A DNA stretch of 63,756 nucleotides, the filler included, from Nemertoderma westbladi (lineage: Eukaryota > Animalia > Xenacoelomorpha), in NCBI GenBank assembly GCA_032718475.1. It is 3 parts of 3 records of this genome, joined end to end, with 100 filler letters (N's around TTAATTAATTAA, not from the genome) between each part and the next. Parts side by side here need not be neighbours in the genome. Positions count along the whole stretch, not along the records: positions 28,604 to 56,209 come from JAUCBJ010005401.1; positions 56,310 to 63,756 come from JAUCBJ010000278.1; 1 more part is not named here. One strand, written 5' to 3'. The notes beneath the pieces were generated by a model. That model worked only from the letters and a program-made list of their open reading frames with translations, had not been told where the DNA came from and searched no databases. Below are positions 53,301 through 63,756 of the stretch, piece by piece. A program made the translations under genes and the position numbers. Every line of letters begins with the position of its first letter. Position 1 is the stretch's first letter.

Positions 53301-56209
53301 GTTAGCACAGCAGTTAAACTAACTGAGGAACAAAGTTTAGAACATCAGTTAAACTAACCGAGGAACAAGGTTAGGACAGCGGTTGAACTAATTGAGAAAC
53401 AATGGTTAGGGCAGCGGTTGATCCAACCGAGAAACAAAGGTTAGCACAGCAGTTAAACTAACTGAGGAACAAGGTTAGGGCAGCAGTGACACTAACTGAG
53501 TAACAAAGGTTAGGACAGCGGTTGAACTAATTGAGAAACAATGGTTAGGGCAGCGGTTGATCCAACCGAGAAACAAAGGTTAGCACAGCAGTTACACTAA
53601 CTGAGAAACAAGGTTAGGGCATCAGTGACACTAACTGAGTAACAAAGGTTAGGACAGCGGTTGAACTAATTGAGAAAGAATGGTTAGGGCAGCGGTTGAT
53701 CCAACCGAGAAACAAAGGTTAGCACAGCAGTTAAACTAACTGAGAAACAAGGTTAGGGCAGCAGTGACACTAACTGAGTAACAAAGGTTAGGACAGCGGT
53801 TGAACTAATTGAGAAACAATGGTTAGGGCAGCGGTTGATCCAACCGAGAAACAAATGTTAGCACAGCAGTTAAACTAACTGAGAAACAAGGTTAGGGCAG
53901 CAGTGACACTAACTGAGTAACAAAGGTTAGGACAGCGGTTGAACTAATTGAGAAACAATGGTTAAGGCAGCGGTTGATCCAACCGAGAAACAAAGGTTAG
54001 CACAGCAGTTAAACTAACTGAGAAACAAGGTTAGGGCAGCAGTGACACTAACTGAGGAACAAAGGTTAGGACAGCGGTTACACCAACTGAGGAACAAAGG
54101 TTAGGATAGCGGTTAAACTAACTGGGGAACAAAGGTTAGGGCAGCGGTTAAACTAACTGAGGATCATAGGTTAGGACAGCGCGGTTAAACCAACCGAGAA
54201 ACAAAGGTTAGGACAGCGGTTGAACTAATTGAGAAACAATGGTTAGGGCAGCGGTTGATCCAACCGAGAAACAAAGGTTAGCACAGCAGTTAAACTAACT
54301 GAGGAACAAAGTTTAGGACATCAGTTAAACTAACCGAGGAACAAGGTTAGGATAGCGGTTAAACTAACCGAGAAACAAAGGTTTGGACAGCGGTTAAACT
54401 AACTGAGGAACAAGGTTAGGATAGCGGTTAAACTAACTGGGGAACAAAGTTTAGGACATCAGTTAAACTAACTGAGGGACAAAGGTTAGGACAGCAGTTA
54501 AGCTAACTGAGAAACAAGGTTAGGACAGCGGTTAAACTAACCGAGAAACAAGGTTAGGACAACAGTTAAACTAACTGAGGAACAAAGGTTAGGAAAGCAG
54601 TTTTTTAAAATAACTGAGAAACAAAGGTTAGGACAGCGGTTAAACTAACTGAGGAATAAAGGTTAGGACATCAGTTAAACTAACCGAGGAACAAGGTTTG
54701 GACAATGGTTGAACTAATTGAGAAACAATGGTTAGGGCAGCGGTTGATCCAACCGAGAAACAAAGGTTAGCACAGCAGTTAAACTAACTGAGGAACAAAG
54801 TTTAGGACATCAGCTAAACTAACCGAGGAACAAGGTTAGGATAGCGGTTAAACTAACCGAGAAACAAAGGTTTGGACAGCGGTTAAACTAACTGAGGAAC
54901 AAAGGTTATGATAGCGGTTAAACTAACTGGGGAACAAAGGTTAGGGCAGCGGTTAAACTAACTGAGGATCATAGGTTAGGACAGCGCGGTAAAACTAACG
55001 GAGAAACAAGGTTAGCACATCAGTTAAACTAACTGAGGAACAAAGTTTAGGATATCAGTTAAACTAACCGACGAACAAGGTTAGGACAGCGGTTGAACTA
55101 ATTGAGAAACAATGGTTAGGGCAGCGGTTGATCCAATCGAGAAACAAAGGTTAGCACAGCAGTTAAACTAACTGAGGAACAAAGTTTAGGACATCAGTTA
55201 AACTAACTGAGGGACAAAGGTTAGGACAGCAGTTAAGCTAACTGAGAAACAAGGTTAGGACAGCGGTTAAACTAACCGAGAAACAAGGTTAGGACAACAG
55301 TTAAACTAACTGAGGAACAAAGGTTAGGACAGCGGTTAAACTAACTGAGGAACAAAGTTTAGGACAGCGGATAAACTAACTGAGGAACAAAGGTTTGGAC
55401 GCCGGTTAAACTAACTGAGGAACAAAGGTTAGGACAGCGGTTAAACTAACTGGGGAATAAAGGTTAGGACAGCGGTTAAACTAACTGAGGAATAAAGGTT
55501 AGGACAGCGGTTAAACTAACTGAGGAACAAGGGTAGGACAACAGTTAAAATAACTGAGGAACAAAGGTTAGGACAGCAGTTTTTTAAACTAACTGAGAAA
55601 CAAAGGTTAGGACAGCAGTTTTTTAAACTAACTGAGAAACAAAGGTTAGGACAGCGGTTACACCAACTGAGGAACAAAGGTTAGGACACCGGTTAAACTA
55701 ACTGAGGAACAAAGTTTAGAACATCAGTTAAACCAACCGAGAAACAAAGGTTAGCACAGCAGTTAAACTAACTGAGGAACAAAGTTTAGGACATAAGTTA
55801 AACTAACCGAGAAACAAAGGTTAGGACAGCGGTTAAACTAACTGAGGAACAAGGGTAGGACAACAGTTAAAATAACTGAGGAACAAGGTTAGGACAGCGG
55901 TTAAATTAACTGAGGAACAAGGTTAGGACAGCAGTTAAACGTACTGAGTATACAAAGGTTGGGACACCGGTTAAACTAACTGAGGAACAAGGTTAGGACA
56001 GCGGTTAAACTAACTAAGGATCAAAGGTTAGGACAGCAGTTCAATTAACTGGGGAACAAAGTTTAGGACATCAGTTAAACCAACCGAGAAACAAGGTTAG
56101 GACAGCGGTTGAACTAATTGAGAAACAATGGTTAGGGCAGCGGTTGATCCAACCGAGAAACAAAGGTTAGCACAGCAGTTACACTAACTGAGAAACAAGG
56201 TTAGGGCAT
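47381..56209. repeat. 34/35-bp satellite array (~250 units), runs into the contig end
   Basis: Unit GACAGCGGTTAAACTAACTGAGGAACAAAG(T/G)TTAG with many variants and higher-order blocks. Confidence 0.97.
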
Positions 56210-56309
56210 NNNNNNNNNNNNNNNNNNNNNNNNNNNNNNNNNNNNNNNNNNNNTTAATTAATTAANNNNNNNNNNNNNNNNNNNNNNNNNNNNNNNNNNN
56301 NNNNNNNNN
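56210..56309. other. Artificial contig linker
   Basis: Same N44-TTAATTAATTAA-N44 structure as 28504-28603. Confidence 0.97.
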
Positions 56310-56312
56310 AAC

Positions 56313-56780
56313 TGATTAGGGAGTATGCGCTCTAACCCAGTAGTGCGACTTATTCTTTAGTTGGGGGTTTATCTTACAGCGTTCGCTGCCCCTACTTCCT
56401 AACCGTACTTAATCAGACAAATGATCTACACACACTGCAATCCATTCAGACCTAATAACAGCCGGACAACTATCCAGCCTACAAATTATCTAAATAAAAT
56501 TATACGCTACCCGTACAGACTTACACAAACAAAGTACAGACTAAACGATGGCAGACTACTCTCAAGCCTAAATAAACTACAGGACATGCAGACTCCGAAA
56601 TGATTAGGGAGTATGCGCTCTAACCCAGTAGTGCGACTTATTCTTTAGTTGGGGGTTTACCTTACAGCGTTCGCTGCCCCTACTGCCTAATCGTACTTAA
56701 TCGGACAGGTGATCTACACACACTGCAATTCGTTCGGACTTAACAGCAATCAGACAACAGCTCAGCCTACAAATTGTCTG
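56313..56780. repeat. Tandem duplication, 288-bp period
   Basis: TGATTAGGGAGTATGCGCTCTAACCCAGTAGTGCGAC... starts at both 56313 and 56601. Confidence 0.9.
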
Positions 56781-57057
56781 TACAATCTGATCAGGTTTAC
56801 ACGCCTTCTGTTCAATACTGGCCTACAAACAAATAAAACTGACAGAAATAGGCCTAAGTAAAATCCCAATAAAAACCAGGCGTCCCCGATTAATTATTAA
56901 GACCTACCGGCATATATAATCAAATCGAATAATACTGCTGTACCTGTACTGTTGTAGGTACCGGTCCGGATGATCAGGCAGTCTGGCCTACTGGTTACCG
57001 GTCGACCGGTACTTTCGACTTTATTGCTTACTGCAATAAAGAAGCTATATCCTTTAA

Positions 57058-58270
57058 TGTTCGCGCTTTCAGACCTTTGGCAGTTTAACCCGCCAAATTA
57101 AGATGTCTTCTAGATATTAAATCGCTTTTTAGCCTAGGACAAGTATTTGATTCACTACACTAGTCGAAACCAATCCGTGCGCGACCATTCACCCGCTGGA
57201 TATTCCCGGGAGATTGGGTTCGACGGTTTAATTTTATTGCTATGTAAGCTTAATGTATTATTTGACTGACAGTATTATATAATCTCTGACAATATTATTT
57301 ACCTTCGGGAATATTAACAGTTCCTTTAGGACGTGGCGCTTTATCTATATAAACAGAGTTATGACTTAAACTACTCACAACGATATGGCTTAATTATAAT
57401 TCACATATATGGCGCATTCTTTAGGAATTGCTTCTTTAACAGACTCGCTCATACGCAATGCTGCACAATACTGCACACTAATCTGCCAATCTTCACTGAT
57501 TTTAGTCACATATAAAAGGAACACAGACTGACTCATGTAGGGTCTATCAAATAACATTAGATTCACTTCAAACCACTTTAACATAAGTCACAATCGTTAT
57601 TGGTAACCTTTCTCTCTTACCTTCGGTATATCAAGAATATTGGGTGTCGGGGTTATTTCTCGTTATTCCAATATAATAATTCATCAACAAATATAATGAA
57701 TAACCGACAACAAATAGCAGTATGCAGTATTCACAGATCAATCGTGCCAGTTTGTTTTGATATTTACAGAGTTAAAGCCAGGTTGTTTGATGCGTAATTG
57801 CAGCCAGTTAAAGGATATATGTCCTTGTAATTAAACCTACTAGTGTTGAGCTAAAAAGCATAAAACATAAAACACTACAAAGCTGTTCTTTCGTGGCTTT
57901 GAAAAACTCGTGACTACTGCTCTATACGAGGATACCAACTCCCTTATTCCACGAAGCTCCCGTTCAACACAGAGAAAGAGCAGTGAGATAGGAAATTTTC
58001 AGTTCAGCAGCTCTGTGATAGGTCAAAATCAAGGCTAACTCAAATTCTATTGGGAGATACAAAAACAAGGCTATGACGCAACCTCCCTAGGCTTGGTGGC
58101 CGATTAAACAGAGCCCAGATGCCTGCGTACAGCAAATCAGCCAATAAGCTGGTAACTTGCACTATTTTTAGCTGTAGATCACTTTGAGAGTATTCTTAGC
58201 GACTGGGGGGGAACTGGCCAACAAGGCAAACGAATCAGTTATCCCACAAAAGCTTTTACAATACCCGTAC
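57058..58270 (-). mobile_element. LTR-like long repeat, copy 3 (inverted, partial)
   Basis: Starts TGTTCGCGCTTTCAGACC, the reverse complement of the 30273/35914 terminus. High identity to ~57720, patchy to ~57845, weak to ~58270. Confidence 0.75.
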
Positions 58271-58340
58271 TTAAAGTAACCAAAGAATGGCCTGTCCAAA
58301 TCTCGCCGTACAAGGTACAGGGAAATTCAAACTTCCAGAA

Positions 58341-58465
58341 ATTAATTTATGGTAGACCATAAATTAATAATTTTTGGTCGACCATAAATCTGCAAATTAA
58401 TTTTTGGTCGACCATAAATTAATTTTTGGTCGACCATAAATTAATTTGGTCGACCATAAATTATG
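58341..58465. repeat. Short tandem array of palindromic ~22-bp units
   Basis: About five copies of AATTAATTT(T/A)TGGTCGACCATA around the palindrome TGGTCGACCA. Confidence 0.85.
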
Positions 58466-59160
58466 ACGTCATGGAGAACTTCTCAAAAAAAAAATAAAAA
58501 AAAAAAAATTAATTGGCAAAGATCAGCCACCGTTGGAACTACTTTTTTTTTTAAACACAACAAATATAGAAAACAATTCATGAAAGAAAAATTAAAAAAA
58601 AAATCCAATTCCAAAGCAACCAGATAATTGAAAAACTAATTCCAGAAATAGATTCTCCATAATTGTTTACCCCAGACAGCCAGAATGTGTATGTTTATCA
58701 TCCAAACTGGTCACTGGTTACAGGTAACATAAACAACATGGCCTTTGCTAGCGAAGTCTGGATTTACTGATTTACCGTGTGCCAGTCATTGCTTCAGTAG
58801 TCCTTGCCACAAACTGACAAACAGTTTTAGGTACGGTACTTCTGTAGGCCTACTTATTGTAGCTTCATCTACAGATCTAGTATTTGTAAATTGTCTACTG
58901 TCACTGTCAGACTGTAGAACTATACGCCTATCTGCCTATGCTGCTATGCTGCTATTTGTATCAAAGTTTTTAGTTAAATTGCTAATTTACTTGTAGTAGG
59001 CCTACAGGTAGGTACAACATAGGGATAGCAGGATAGGGCAAGGAAGGCATGCATTATCCATTAGGCCTATATCAATATTTTAGGTCCATCTTCTACCAAC
59101 ATTCATACAGGTACAGGAGGACAGACGCAGACAGATAGACATACCTGCACACCGGTAGGG

Positions 59161-59169
59161 TATATAAAA
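59161..59169 (+). promoter_or_regulatory. Possible TATA box upstream of the PAIP1-like ORF
   Basis: TATATAAAA ~160 bp before the ATG; position is the only support. Confidence 0.25.
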
Positions 59170-59319
59170 TGCAGGCGAGTTATTTATAGGCCTAACAGTA
59201 TAACTGTATAAACTAAGTGCATAAGTAGGCAAGGCATGCTGGCATGCATAGGCATACCTAACTAACTAATTTACCGCTACCATGTACCTGTACCGGTAGG
59301 CCTATCACAACTAAACACG

Positions 59320-61506
59320 ATGTCATCGGAACAAAAAGTTCAGACTCCGCGTGGGCGCGGGGCATCTCCCAGACCAGGCTCTATAAACAAGCCGTTAAGA
59401 AGGCCCGGAGAGAAGACTACTAGTGAACGCCGTGGTAGCGGTTCAGAAAGCGCGAGCAGCAGCTGTTACAACGATGGTATCGAAGTCAGTGGTGGCCTTA
59501 CTCCCGCAGGAAACACCCACTCACCGATATCCAGTGCTGGAAGTAGCACTAACGTTATATTGGACTCAAGTTTTTCACAATACCCGGTCATGTCAGAAGC
59601 GGAAACAGTTTTTCCACCAAATCCGAATTCCATCCCACTCCCACAGTCTAATGATGATACATTTCTAAGGCATATTAGTAGGCCTAGTTTCAATCCAAAT
59701 CTTAATATTCCCCTAAACAATCAAAATCTTTCGATGGCTAGACAAATGCGGCCTTCATTTGAAATTGCAGCTCAATTTCCCAACGACCCCGTTTCATCGC
59801 AACAACAACTCTTAGGCGACATAAACAATAGTTCCGTACCCCAACCCCTGTACCCTCCCAACCCGGCGGCCATACCACCAATCCCGAAAGAATTAGAGTA
59901 TTCTGCCATGCACTTCGGACAAATGACCATGGGAACGTCTCGCTCCAATCAACCTGCTATTGCGCAAAACATCCCCCAACCTACCGGTGGGCCTATTCCC
60001 GGAGGCCCGTGGTCCATGGCTAACGCGCAGTACACAGCTACCTATCACAGCGAAGATCCTGCCATCACACAAATGGGTCCCCTGGCGAATGGGAGTTACC
60101 ATGGCGATGTAGCTAACCAGTCGTATCAGAATATGAATGTCATATCTACTAACGCCAACTACTTCTCCAATAGACTCTCATACGTGAACAACTTTACCCA
60201 ACCGAAGCAGTTATCCTTAGACGACACGGCGATTGCTACCGGCGTACCTGCGGCCCGTCCGGATAACGCGCTGACGCCGCCAACCACTTCGCTCAGCTAC
60301 CAGGATATCGAGCGAACAACCTTCGCGAAGCCAACCCTGGGTCGAGTCAGCAGCACCGAGGAGCGGATCGGCTACTGGTCCGAACTGCGCCCCGGGGCCA
60401 ACGAGTTCACGCCTTCCATCCCACCACCGGTAGCCCGTCACACGGCCCTACAGAAACCGGCCCCGGTCGCCAAGCAACCTGAGGTGTTAGATACCGAGCT
60501 GGTCGCGCTGACAACCTCCGCCGTCGAGAAGCTCACGGAGAGCCCCGGGAGCTTCGACATTCTGCTGCAGCCGCTCTGCGACAGCCTCAACTCGAGAGTA
60601 ACCAATAAGACGACGATGAAAGCCATACTCGACATCGTGTTCGATGCAGCTCTTCGTGAATCGAACTTCCGGTACACGGCAGCGCGTCTCTGTAACATCT
60701 TCCAGTACGTATTCCCCGGAAGCGACGAGACAAGTTTCCGCTCGTGTCTCCTCAATAAAACCCATTCGGAATACAAAAAATATGAGAAATTTCTAGAGGA
60801 GGAGCCGAACATTGTGGAACACGGTTTCCCGCTGTTTCTAACAGAGTTGTTCCTCAACATGGAGGTCTTCGATCACACGGTGGGGATCACAGAAAGGATC
60901 GATGTCCTCAGGAAGGTGGTGAAATCACTCATCAAGAAACTCATTGACAACCCCAACGAAAGTCGATTGAAACTCGCCGTCAACCTTCTGAAACTCTCTG
61001 GTTCGTTGCTGGACAGTCTCGAGTTGGGTCGGGGTGCGGATGAGAGACGCGATACGGACGCGTTGTACCACCGGTTACATTCCGTAGCGCCGCTAGTGGG
61101 TCGCTACATGGAGGACATGGTGGGTAAGTTGATGGAGAGTCGTCTCTCATCGTGGGGCTGTATGGAGGCTCCGGGACAGCCGTCGCCGATGCTCGCCGAC
61201 GAACTGCCGGTCTTCTACCTCGACGACGGGACCGTGATTCCCATAGAGGAGGACGATTTCTACGAGTCGGAGCAGCCGATTAACTCGCAGATGGTGGGCG
61301 CCGGCGACGGTTTGGTCGACGAGGTTGGCCCGTTGTCCCCGGCCTTCTACGACCAGTTCGTCGACGGAGCCGGGGTTTACGAGCAGCCCGTCGACATGCA
61401 ATGGCCGGAGGAAGTGGAGGAACCAATGCCTCCCGATATAGAAGAGGAGTTCGAGAAGTTCCTATTGATGGTTGATAAAGAGCGAACCAGAAACCTTAAA
61501 CCTTAG
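59320..61506 (+). CDS. PAIP1: Poly(A)-binding protein-interacting protein 1-like, single coding exon, 728 aa
   Basis: PAM2 motif SELRPGANEFTPS; MIF4G-like region (NFRYTAARLC, FRSCLL, FLTELFLNM, LLKLSGSLLD, SSWG); acidic PAM1-like C-terminus ending MPPDIEEEFEKFL. This is the PAIP1 domain order. Confidence 0.88.
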   Translation: MSSEQKVQTPRGRGASPRPGSINKPLRRPGEKTTSERRGSGSESASSSCYNDGIEVSGGLTPAGNTHSPISSAGSSTNVILDSSFSQYPVMSEAETVFPPNPNSIPLPQSNDDTFLRHISRPSFNPNLNIPLNNQNLSMARQMRPSFEIAAQFPNDPVSSQQQLLGDINNSSVPQPLYPPNPAAIPPIPKELEYSAMHFGQMTMGTSRSNQPAIAQNIPQPTGGPIPGGPWSMANAQYTATYHSEDPAITQMGPLANGSYHGDVANQSYQNMNVISTNANYFSNRLSYVNNFTQPKQLSLDDTAIATGVPAARPDNALTPPTTSLSYQDIERTTFAKPTLGRVSSTEERIGYWSELRPGANEFTPSIPPPVARHTALQKPAPVAKQPEVLDTELVALTTSAVEKLTESPGSFDILLQPLCDSLNSRVTNKTTMKAILDIVFDAALRESNFRYTAARLCNIFQYVFPGSDETSFRSCLLNKTHSEYKKYEKFLEEEPNIVEHGFPLFLTELFLNMEVFDHTVGITERIDVLRKVVKSLIKKLIDNPNESRLKLAVNLLKLSGSLLDSLELGRGADERRDTDALYHRLHSVAPLVGRYMEDMVGKLMESRLSSWGCMEAPGQPSPMLADELPVFYLDDGTVIPIEEDDFYESEQPINSQMVGAGDGLVDEVGPLSPAFYDQFVDGAGVYEQPVDMQWPEEVEEPMPPDIEEEFEKFLLMVDKERTRNLKP

Positions 61507-63756
61507 AGAGCCGGGAGGAGTTTGTAAGGAAGGCCGTTCAGGTCGATATTGAAATACTAAACATATTTAGAGACGACTTTGTACGTAGTAAATAGTCAGC
61601 TGTGTTGGCATTACTTTTTGCAGTACTATTTGTATATCTCAGATCGTATATCTATATCCTGTGCTACTTTTATCTGCCGGAGGATTTTCCATTAAATTTT
61701 TTTCTGCTCAAGTTGTTCACCTCTAAAGACATATGTATAAATGTAATTACAACTCCAATTAATTTATTTGTATTTTTAAAACATATTTTAATTCATTTAA
61801 TTGCCACATTGGTAGTTGAGTTGGTCAACCCCAATGCACATCCATCCAGTTAGTCACCCTCTCGGATACTTTGTAGATATCGGTTTTTCGCTGGTTCTAG
61901 AGCCTTTAGAATGTTGTATTTATATAATTATGAATTCTGTCTCACACTACACACCGCGGGGATTTTGAAATCGGCCCTAGAGCTAGAAGTAGACAATTGT
62001 CCTAGAAGTTGGCTTACTATGATTGTAGTTGGTGGTAATGGCTAGGACCGGTGCACATGTGTGCTTTTCATCGCTCATCTGTCATCTTTTTAGATAAAAA
62101 AACACCTTCATTAAAGGGGGGGGGGGGGGGGGGGGGCGACACCGTCATTTGAGTCGTTCACTTTCACCATTCAAAAATTCATTCAGTGTTGAATGTTCTA
62201 TTTTTTGTTGAAAAGTGAAAAAAATGATCAGCAACCCTTTTTAAAAACATAACACGAGGTATAATATTACCACTCACACATATACAAACAGTAGTCAAGA
62301 TATCTATCTCCCAGCACTAAATAAATCTACAGTCAAACACAAGCAATTCGTTGGTTTTATGTAAGCTTGTTGGTACGCAGCTAGGCTAGACCGAATCATT
62401 TTGGGGATTTACTTTTGTTTATTGTGCTGGGTGGGTTTTCCGAGCTAGTAGTTGCGCCACGTACAAAACGCTTAATTATATCACATTCTATGATACTATC
62501 GGAAACATTAGAACTGTTTCCGATATACAACCTCGAACGTCCAACCTGAAGGACCCCAGTTCAAACCTATGTGATATTCGAGATGATTGTGCAAAACCAT
62601 ACTTTATTTTAACTTATGAGGGAATTTATAAAGAAATGCACGAAAGGACATGGTATAATTAAACTATCAAAGGTATGGAATTGCATGGAATCATACATCT
62701 GATATTATGTTTATTCCGGGCAGCATTAGAGCATGTCGTAGCTTAAGTGTCATAAGGCTTTATGTCAAAAATTGCAATTATTCAGGAGAGCCTAAAAAAG
62801 ATAATATAGGGCCTTTCTGTAATAAAATATTGCCCAATAGGATTATTGGATTTTACTTTATTACGTCATAATCGTAACTTCCCATCGGGTTTGTTTTCTA
62901 AATATGTTAGTGAAATTTTAAAAAAAATAGTGATTTCTAAATTTTTTAAACTTATTTAGAAATATTTATAAAACTAAAAACTTTAAATAACAAATTTTAA
63001 ATTAAAATATTACTTTACAGAATTTTAAATAGAAGCACCTATAAATCAGAATTTAACATTCAGATATTAGCCACATATATAATTTTTGTTTGTTCATTAA
63101 ACAAAATCGAACCCTCAAATCCATAAATCTGATTCATCTCCATCCTATAATATCAAATACACTCATATTTGTGGTATTGTTTCTACGTAAATTGAAATAG
63201 ACTGTATACAATCATTACAGTCTAAAAGTGCTACACTCACATTCCCGTAATTAGTCTTTTTATAGCACATTTCACGGAAACATGCTAAAATAATAGCTGG
63301 GGTTGGTTAGGTACAGTTAGCTGAGTGTGAGCCGGTCATACTAAAAGGGACCAAGTGTGACCGGGTGGTAATCCTACCGGGAACCTTAGGCATTCAGCGC
63401 GACCTGGGTGAATGAAAACACGGCTACCTTAGAAGATAATACAAATGCATCTGCCTGCCTGCGCCTAAATAATGAAGGGTTTTTCTTGTTATTTAGAAAG
63501 TCAACCCTATTAGTACCGGGCTATAAAATGTTGAACAAACGTCTGATTTCTTGTTTGTCTACCTAGATTTCAATCGTCCGAATCCGACCGAAAAAAAAAT
63601 TTCGAAAAAATGTACTGGGGTGGTTATTTTGCAGCACCAAAATTACAAGTAGTGAACAATTTTCATAAAATTTGAAAGTTAAAATTTTCGGCTGATTCTT
63701 TTCAATACAGGTTTTCTGGGGCGCAAAATCCATTGGAAAATATTTTTAAAATGATC

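Noticed and set aside
47381-56209. Telomeric array (TTAGG/TTAGGG words)
   Set aside because: Only one such word per 34/35-bp unit, never in tandem.
63310-63480. tRNA or tRNA-derived SINE (also the GTTCAAACC B-box-like word near 62558)
   Set aside because: Only degenerate A/B-box similarity, with no cloverleaf or TSD found.

Overview
AT-rich animal (invertebrate-like) genomic DNA. It consists of three contigs joined by artificial 100-bp N/TTAATTAATTAA/N linkers (28504-28603, 56210-56309), so adjacency across the linkers is not evidence. Contig 1 has three phase-compatible exons of a copine C2 domain (+ strand); its introns are swollen by five minisatellite arrays (38, 57, 29/30, 35-to-31 and 41 bp units), two LINEs and MITEs. 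Contig 2 has a BEL/Pao integrase with a probable 3' LTR, two copies of a ~1.65-kb LTR-like repeat, a hAT MITE with an 8-bp TSD, a broken hAT transposase, an internally deleted RTE LINE with a highly structured 5' end, four exons of a MEGF6/10/11-like multi-EGF gene and an 8.8-kb 34/35-bp satellite. Contig 3 has a third LTR-like copy and an intronless PAIP1-like CDS. The giant ORFs in the track come from stop-free satellites. The most unusual signals are a sense-strand tandem array whose unit reads as a miniature intron (GTAAGT...TACTAAC-AG) plus a 3-nt 'exon', and the ACTAAY branchpoint/STAR-protein motif recurring in three different satellites. Both are hypotheses only.
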